This document shows positions 58,263 through 64,000 of a stretch of 64,000 bases of DNA, in pieces. The position numbers and the translations under genes are program-made. How positions within the stretch are numbered: the stretch's first letter is position 1; each line of letters opens with the position of its first letter. The stretch covers positions 64,001 to 128,000 of IMG/VR virus record IMGVR_UViG_3300013121_000047, one strand, 5' to 3'. The DNA comes from a virus (lineage: Duplodnaviria; Caudoviricetes). The notes under the pieces are model-generated. The model saw only the letters and a list, made by a program, of their open reading frames with translations. It was not told the DNA's origin and did no database searches.

Positions 58263-58703
58263 TTAATTGAAAATGTTCATATCGATTTCTTCATCTATTT
58301 CTGTTTCCACTATGAGAAATCTGTCTTCTTTAAAATAATCTCCAAGTAAAAAATTGAATCGATGATATAAAATATATTCATCATTTTCAGTATACACAAA
58401 TGAAGAATAAGAAGAAACAGTGAAATTTTTAAGTTTTTCTATTGCCGCCATAATATCTTTTATTGATCCAACACCACGAAATGATTCTAAGAATATAGAA
58501 ACTTGATCATTAAGAATCTTTTCCTGTTTCTCTGATGCTTTAAACTTTAGTCTCTCTTTTAATTCTTCGAAAGTTTTGTTTTTAGCTTCGTAATATTTCC
58601 ACAAATAAGAAACAATTCTATCAACAGCTAATAATTCTGACGAAAATGATCCCCAAAAATTCAATTCATAATCCCCATAATAAAAAACATTATAAATTTT
58701 CAT
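58263..58703 (-). CDS. Hypothetical protein
   Basis: 146 aa ORF in operon. Confidence 0.55.
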   Translation of the reverse strand: MKIYNVFYYGDYELNFWGSFSSELLAVDRIVSYLWKYYEAKNKTFEELKERLKFKASEKQEKILNDQVSIFLESFRGVGSIKDIMAAIEKLKNFTVSSYSSFVYTENDEYILYHRFNFLLGDYFKEDRFLIVETEIDEEIDMNIFN

Positions 58704-58706
58704 GTT

Positions 58707-59672
58707 TTATTTAAGGGAACCTCTTACATTTGGATAGTTTGTTAAAAACCAAGAAATGGTTTTTTCTAAACCTTGATTTAAATTGTGATAACTTGGAGTT
58801 TTTCCATGAATTTCACTATACGTTGATTCGAAAAGTTTTGTTGATGCAGTTTTTTTAAACTGTCCATTTGGTTTATTTGTATTCCAAATAATAGTTCCTT
58901 TATATTCCATTAATTCTTGAACCAACAAAACTAAACTCTTAATAGAGTATTCTTCATAGTTTCCAACATTTACAGTTTCTTGACTTTTGTGGTGGGCCAT
59001 ACAAAACTCTAAATCTCTTGCAACATCTCTTGCGTAAGAAAATTGTCTAAGAGGTGTTCCGTTCCCCCAAAATTCAACCTCAGTTAAATTATTTTGTTTT
59101 GCTAAAAATATTTTATGAATTACTGATGGTACAACATGACCATTTAACAAAGAAAAATTATCATTTTCTCCATACATGTTATTTGGAGTTGCCGTTATAA
59201 ACTTTACATATCCTAGTTTTTCATTTAAAGCTTTTCCATATATATCTAACATTCTTTTTGCATAAGCATATCCAAAATTTGATTTATGCGGTTCACCATT
59301 ATGCAAAGTATTTTCTAATATTGGAAGTGCCACTTTATCTGGATATATACATGTGCTTAGAACCGAGCAAACTTTTTTAGTTTCTTGGCATTCTGCCGCG
59401 GCATTTAATACATTTGTGTTAATTTGAATATTGTCATCAAAAAAAACGGCATTACCAGACATGTTTGCACCTAAACCGCCTACTTTTGCTGCCAAGTGAT
59501 AAACAAAAGTAGGCTTTGTTGATTTAAAAATTTGCTCAACGGCGGACCGATTACGAAGATCGGTAGATGAATCTAATAAGATTAAATTATCTAAATTACC
59601 GATTTCTTTTAAATGATGAACCAAAGCAGAACCAAGCAGACCTGTACTTCCAGTTATTAGAATCTTATCCAT
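58707..59672 (-). CDS. fcl: GDP-L-fucose synthase
   Basis: GSTGLLG, HLAAKVGG, STCIYP, YAYAKR, PNNMYG.NDNF, WGNGTPLRQF. Confidence 0.9.
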   Translation of the reverse strand: MDKILITGSTGLLGSALVHHLKEIGNLDNLILLDSSTDLRNRSAVEQIFKSTKPTFVYHLAAKVGGLGANMSGNAVFFDDNIQINTNVLNAAAECQETKKVCSVLSTCIYPDKVALPILENTLHNGEPHKSNFGYAYAKRMLDIYGKALNEKLGYVKFITATPNNMYGENDNFSLLNGHVVPSVIHKIFLAKQNNLTEVEFWGNGTPLRQFSYARDVARDLEFCMAHHKSQETVNVGNYEEYSIKSLVLLVQELMEYKGTIIWNTNKPNGQFKKTASTKLFESTYSEIHGKTPSYHNLNQGLEKTISWFLTNYPNVRGSLK

Positions 59673-59675
59673 TTT

Positions 59676-60320
59676 TTACTCTTTTACAAAAACATAATTT
59701 TCATTATCGAGAACAAATTTAAGTTTGTAACCAATTTCATCCATAAAATTTAAAGCTTCTTGAACGTGATGATTTCTTTTTCCGAGGGCATGGTTTAATT
59801 CAACAAGTACCAAAGGGTTCTGTTCTGTTAAAACTTGTTTGCTGCCTAAAAGAACTTCATAATCATATGAATCAACATCAATTTTTATCAAATCAACTTT
59901 TAAATTATTTGTTTTTACAAAAGTATCTAAGGTAATAAAAGAAAATTGTTTATCGTCGACGATTCCTTGCGACCAAACTTTAAATATTCTATCGTTTTTT
60001 ATTTCGTCTTTTTCACCAAGCGGCTGTGTTTGAAGTGAGACATTATCTTGACATGAGTTGTATGCCAAATTTTCTTTCAACATTTCAATTGTATCGGTTG
60101 GTTCAAAAGCATAAACCTTACCTTCGTAAGCGAGTTTAGCAAATGGGACGGTATACATTCCAATATTAGCCCCAGCATCAATTATAGTAAAATTTGGTTT
60201 GATATAGTTGCATAAAAATTCTTTTGTATTCCTTTCAGCGGATGTAAACCACCCAGCATCAGATCCATAATATCTAGGAAAATTATATGAAACGCCTTGT
60301 TTATAGTTTATAGTTATCAT
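59676..60320 (-). CDS. FkbM-family methyltransferase
   Basis: IDAGANIG, VYAFEP, LIKIDVD. Confidence 0.85.
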   Translation of the reverse strand: MITINYKQGVSYNFPRYYGSDAGWFTSAERNTKEFLCNYIKPNFTIIDAGANIGMYTVPFAKLAYEGKVYAFEPTDTIEMLKENLAYNSCQDNVSLQTQPLGEKDEIKNDRIFKVWSQGIVDDKQFSFITLDTFVKTNNLKVDLIKIDVDSYDYEVLLGSKQVLTEQNPLVLVELNHALGKRNHHVQEALNFMDEIGYKLKFVLDNENYVFVKE

Positions 60321-60895
60321 TCTTTACTTACCTCTGGTGTAAAAATTCCAACGCCCGCATCAACCTCTGCTTCTTGCAAACAATAATGTTTATAGTTTCC
60401 AGTACCATAAAGTTTATCAATACTTGGTTTTACAAATTGATAATCCAAAGCTTGTCCTTTGTATTTGTCAAAACCAAACTTAGCTTTGCCGTCTGCATCT
60501 GGTACATAAAAATCATGAATTACAACAACTGGTTTTAATCCATATTTTTTCATTGTTAAAATTTCATCATGAATTGGCCAATAGTCTCCCCAATGCGCAT
60601 CAAGAAAAAACAAAACATTCTTTAAGTCTCTTTCTTCTAAAATTTCATCTAACACATCTGGAGATGATCCAAAAAAGCGATATACATTTTTTGAGTCTTT
60701 TAAATAGTCGTTGGCTATTTCATAGTTTTCTTTATTTATTTCTATTGTAAAAACTGGCAATTCAAATTCAGCTAGTTTTTTAGCAGACCAACCACGATAG
60801 GTTCCTGTTTCTACAATAGTGTCTATTTTATATTCTTTTATTAGTTTAGCAATTTCCTTGTAGACATACTTGTCTTCTATTGCACCTTTTTCCAT
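60317..60895 (-). CDS. Class I SAM-dependent methyltransferase-like protein
   Basis: VETGTYRG, TIEIN, FFLDAHW, VIHD. Confidence 0.7.
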   Translation of the reverse strand: MEKGAIEDKYVYKEIAKLIKEYKIDTIVETGTYRGWSAKKLAEFELPVFTIEINKENYEIANDYLKDSKNVYRFFGSSPDVLDEILEERDLKNVLFFLDAHWGDYWPIHDEILTMKKYGLKPVVVIHDFYVPDADGKAKFGFDKYKGQALDYQFVKPSIDKLYGTGNYKHYCLQEAEVDAGVGIFTPEVSKE

Positions 60896-60896
60896 T

Positions 60897-62420
60897 TTAA
60901 TCTCTTACCTCGTATTGAAATAAATCACCATATATTTTTTTCACTTCTTCAACCACATCTTTGCATTCGTTGATTACAACTTTATATCCTTCTTTAGCAA
61001 GACCTACCGCAAACAGTAGTTGCTGTGACTCTTCTATTAGATTAGATTCTTGTTTGTATGTAACTGAATCAAATTTAACAGCTTTTAATTTATCTTGGTT
61101 TTCATTTTTGAAAAATTTAATTTGTTCTTGCAAATGAAGTTTGTTTGACTCATCTGCGGCATTACTTATTTTTGAAGGCATATCAAGGTCTTTTGCAAAA
61201 ATGCCCAATGCTCTGCCATCTCGTGGCAAACAATTATGAACTGTACAATTCTCCAAAACATAAGATTCGTCTTCATCAACTTCTAAATTATAAACCAATC
61301 CATTGTAATATTCTTTTTCTGCAAAAATTAGTTTGTGTTTGCTAAAAGTATTTTCTACCGTAATCGTTGGCATAACAATTTTATCAGTCGATGTTAGTTC
61401 ATCGGCAACAATAAATAATTTCTTATTTTGTCTTTCAACTAAAACTGGGTGATTTGGAGTTAGTGGTGTACTTTTATTGTCAAATCCGCTAGATTTGATC
61501 ACAATCATTTCTCCATCGTATGGTTTAGCATAATTTTTTATTATTTTTCGATATCTTCCTTTATGTGTTAACACATAGTCTCCAACAGAAATTCTTACAA
61601 TTGGCTTTAATCCATTTTTGGTTTGTACTAATTGATTTGGTTTTAAACACGGACCGCCGAATCCATATCCATGTTTCAAGAATTTATTTCCAACTCTAGA
61701 GTCGGAACCTATTGCACTTAATACCGTATCTGGATTGCCTCCTGCTTTTTTAACAATATCTCCGACCATGTTGGCATATGCAATTTTTGTTGTTAAAAAG
61801 CAATTTAAACCAATTTTTGTAATTTCTGCTTCCAACGGAGTCATTCTTGCAAATTTGGGCTTATTAACAGTATGGGTTTCATATATCTCTTGCAGTAAAT
61901 CACCAGAAGCTTTATTTGCTTCGCCAATCAATACCATGTCTGGATTTTCTTGATCTCTTAAAATTGTACCTTGAGCAATAAATTCTGGATTATATGAAAC
62001 AACATAGTTTAATTCGAGTAATTCATTTTTAATCGAATCACAATATCCTGGCATTACAGTGCAGGTTATTACAAGATTTTTTTGAGTTTCTTGCCGTCCA
62101 ATTTCTTTTAATTTCTGAATTACACTGTCTACCTGCGCGTGACTGTATCGTCCGTCGGGCAGGGATGGAGTAGCAACAATTACAAAAAGTGTATCGGAAT
62201 GTTCTACGGCCTCTCTCATTGAGGTTGTGGCACGAAACTGCCTAGACTTATCCAATAAATCATTTAAACCAGGTTCAGAACTACGATATTGTTTTGTGTT
62301 TATTAAATCTACATAAGATTGATGTAGGTCAACACCTAATACATTATATCCATGTTTTTCTAAAGTTAGTGCAAAGCAAAGACCTAATTTTCCGATTCCT
62401 ATGATTGATAGTTTTTTCAT
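60897..62420 (-). CDS. UDP-glucose/GDP-mannose 6-dehydrogenase family, intein-containing
   Basis: GIGKLG, YNPEFIAQG, AEITK, DSRVG, GFGGP/CLPRD split by an insert. Confidence 0.9.
   Translation of the reverse strand: MKKLSIIGIGKLGLCFALTLEKHGYNVLGVDLHQSYVDLINTKQYRSSEPGLNDLLDKSRQFRATTSMREAVEHSDTLFVIVATPSLPDGRYSHAQVDSVIQKLKEIGRQETQKNLVITCTVMPGYCDSIKNELLELNYVVSYNPEFIAQGTILRDQENPDMVLIGEANKASGDLLQEIYETHTVNKPKFARMTPLEAEITKIGLNCFLTTKIAYANMVGDIVKKAGGNPDTVLSAIGSDSRVGNKFLKHGYGFGGPCLKPNQLVQTKNGLKPIVRISVGDYVLTHKGRYRKIIKNYAKPYDGEMIVIKSSGFDNKSTPLTPNHPVLVERQNKKLFIVADELTSTDKIVMPTITVENTFSKHKLIFAEKEYYNGLVYNLEVDEDESYVLENCTVHNCLPRDGRALGIFAKDLDMPSKISNAADESNKLHLQEQIKFFKNENQDKLKAVKFDSVTYKQESNLIEESQQLLFAVGLAKEGYKVVINECKDVVEEVKKIYGDLFQYEVRD
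61233..61649 (-). mobile_element. Mini-intein (139 aa, no endonuclease domain)
   Basis: Starts CLKPNQLV, has TPNHP block B, VYNLEV block F and terminal VHN followed by Cys+1. Confidence 0.92.
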
Positions 62421-62448
62421 TTGATGGATTGATTTTAACCAAAAACCA

Positions 62449-62898
62449 TTAAAATGTTTTTGGTTGGTTTAAAACCCAGACACATTCGGAAATAGGATTA
62501 ATCCAAATCATAGATTTTCGTTTTTCCAACATTTGTTGAAACACATTATGTGTGCCCCCTTTATTTCCATCAAAAACAACTATTCCACAATTTGCGTCTT
62601 CTACCATTTTAGAATTCTTTGCGTAAAAAATTTCTTTTGCAAATTTTAAACACTTATCCCTTAATTCTTTTTCTTCTGGATATAAGTCTCCTTGCTCTTT
62701 AAATGGAACATAGGCATAATATGGAATGTTTAAATTTATTAGAGTTTCACAAAAGATAAGATCTACTCCACCAGCCATGCCAGAAATTCCAATACTTGGA
62801 TTTATTTCCAAAACCGCATCTTCTATTGCTTTTCTAATCCAATCAATATTATAAGTTTTCAACTTATGCAAACGATGACCAGAAATTATACATTTCAT
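62449..62898 (-). CDS. SLOG (YspA-like) family protein
   Basis: ISGHR, ISGMAGGVD, VPF..Q, VFDGNKGGT. Confidence 0.75.
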   Translation of the reverse strand: MKCIISGHRLHKLKTYNIDWIRKAIEDAVLEINPSIGISGMAGGVDLIFCETLINLNIPYYAYVPFKEQGDLYPEEKELRDKCLKFAKEIFYAKNSKMVEDANCGIVVFDGNKGGTHNVFQQMLEKRKSMIWINPISECVWVLNQPKTF

Positions 62899-63621
62899 TT
62901 AGAGATCCCCTGTTTTATTATTATTGTTAATAAATAATATATTTTCCCAAAGATCAATTGATCTTTGTTTTATAATTGCTGATGCGTTTTCAACAGAGAG
63001 TATATTTTCTTTTTGAATTTCTCCTAAGAAACATGTATAATTATTAGATTTTAGCCAAAGGACGGCATCTTCTATTGTATAATTTTGTTCCTTAAAACAG
63101 TCACCATACTCAAATTGTCCCGCACTGACTTTACCGAGGCGAAACATAGTTTCAGCACCTTTAAGAACATTTATTTCATGTCCTTCAGTGTCAATTTTTA
63201 AATAATCTATATATTGTATTGAATGTTCTTGAACAAATATATCCAATGTAGTAATTTCAACATCCATCATTTGCAACTCGCAATTTGTTATTTTTTCAAA
63301 AATTGGGCGTTTGTATAAACTAGCAAGTCTTGAAATATTATCTTTTTCTTTAAATTCGTACGGAACATACAGTGTTCCTTTTTTTTCTGTATCTCCAAGC
63401 GCTATATTAAAAAAATAAACATTTTCAATATTTGGGTCTTTCGCATTTTTATTTGGTTCAAATGCAAAAAATTCCAGTTCCGACCCAAGGACTGAATAAG
63501 CATCTGCCAAAAATTCGCCACGGTTATACCCCACATCAATTATTACTGGGATTGGATTTATTTTGTTTTTGTAAATGAAATTATAAGCACTTTTAAGACA
63601 AAGGTCATCTTGTGTAAACAT
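62899..63621 (-). CDS. FkbM-family methyltransferase
   Basis: IDVGYNRG, AFEPN, YLKIDTEGHE, QFEYG. Confidence 0.85.
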   Translation of the reverse strand: MFTQDDLCLKSAYNFIYKNKINPIPVIIDVGYNRGEFLADAYSVLGSELEFFAFEPNKNAKDPNIENVYFFNIALGDTEKKGTLYVPYEFKEKDNISRLASLYKRPIFEKITNCELQMMDVEITTLDIFVQEHSIQYIDYLKIDTEGHEINVLKGAETMFRLGKVSAGQFEYGDCFKEQNYTIEDAVLWLKSNNYTCFLGEIQKENILSVENASAIIKQRSIDLWENILFINNNNKTGDL

Positions 63622-63694
63622 TATGCTTAACAATATTAAGCTTATAGTTCAAAAATGTTTTTCTAACATTAAGCACTTTTCGAATAAAATATTT

Positions 63695-64000
63695 TTAAAG
63701 ATCTCCTGTGCTATTATTATAACCAAGAGTATCTAAACTATTATTAACAAAACGTAAATTTTCGCCAAGATTTGTGTAATAATTAAAATCCAAAGCTAAT
63801 ATTTGATTTATGATTTGCGAATTGTTTGGTGCGTTTTCATATTGTCTTGTTGTGTCGCCTTCTACGTCAAGAAAAACAACATTCTTTAAGTGTTCCTTAA
63901 AACTTTTAACAATATCTAAATCTTTTCCTTGTGCATCAATTTTAACCATTTCAATTTTGTCATATTTGATTTTATCTAGCAAATATTTCATTGAAATAGT
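63695..64000 (-). CDS. FkbM-family methyltransferase, C-terminal part (5' end outside window)
   Basis: MVKIDAQGKD motif; frame open to window edge. Confidence 0.7.
   Translation of the reverse strand, partial: TISMKYLLDKIKYDKIEMVKIDAQGKDLDIVKSFKEHLKNVVFLDVEGDTTRQYENAPNNSQIINQILALDFNYYTNLGENLRFVNNSLDTLGYNNSTGDL

Noticed and set aside
1-64000. Alternative genetic code (TAG/TGA reassignment seen in some large phages)
   Set aside because: Long conserved genes are uninterrupted in code 11, and TAA, TAG and TGA all terminate tightly packed genes
1-64000. CRISPR array, tRNA or rRNA genes
   Set aside because: No repeat-spacer periodicity or cloverleaf-like GC-rich segment seen; intergenic gaps are mostly too short

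Overview
AT-rich, very gene-dense segment of a large (jumbo/huge) contractile-tailed phage genome, standard genetic code; host unknown. 1-39 kb is an almost entirely minus-strand late/structural block: RuvC-like resolvase, TnsA/gp4-like nuclease, LamG- and Ser/Thr-rich tail/baseplate proteins, gp6-like wedge, gp25, hub/spike, gp55-like sigma factor, two GT-B glycosyltransferases, tape measure, and a tail-chaperone pair with a candidate T9 frameshift. 39-64 kb is an accessory region with tdk nearby, def, map, a SWIM-SNF2 helicase, two tnpB-only IS200/IS605 elements (one inside a destroyed phosphoesterase gene), a free-standing endonuclease and a nucleotide-sugar cluster (GME, gmd, fcl, intein-containing UDP-glucose dehydrogenase, FkbM methyltransferases). 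The most striking unexplained pattern is a set of scattered, otherwise mostly unrelated genes (two protein-kinase-fold enzymes, a GNAT, unknowns) that begin with the same ~9-10 aa leader, M-x(0,1)-L-x-x-[FYL]-I-[FY]-E-[ST], and mostly sit behind a TANTTA-type motif. This resembles the T4 capsid-targeting sequence and suggests a modular set of head-packaged, injected effectors. All functional calls come from visual motif recognition; no database searches were run.
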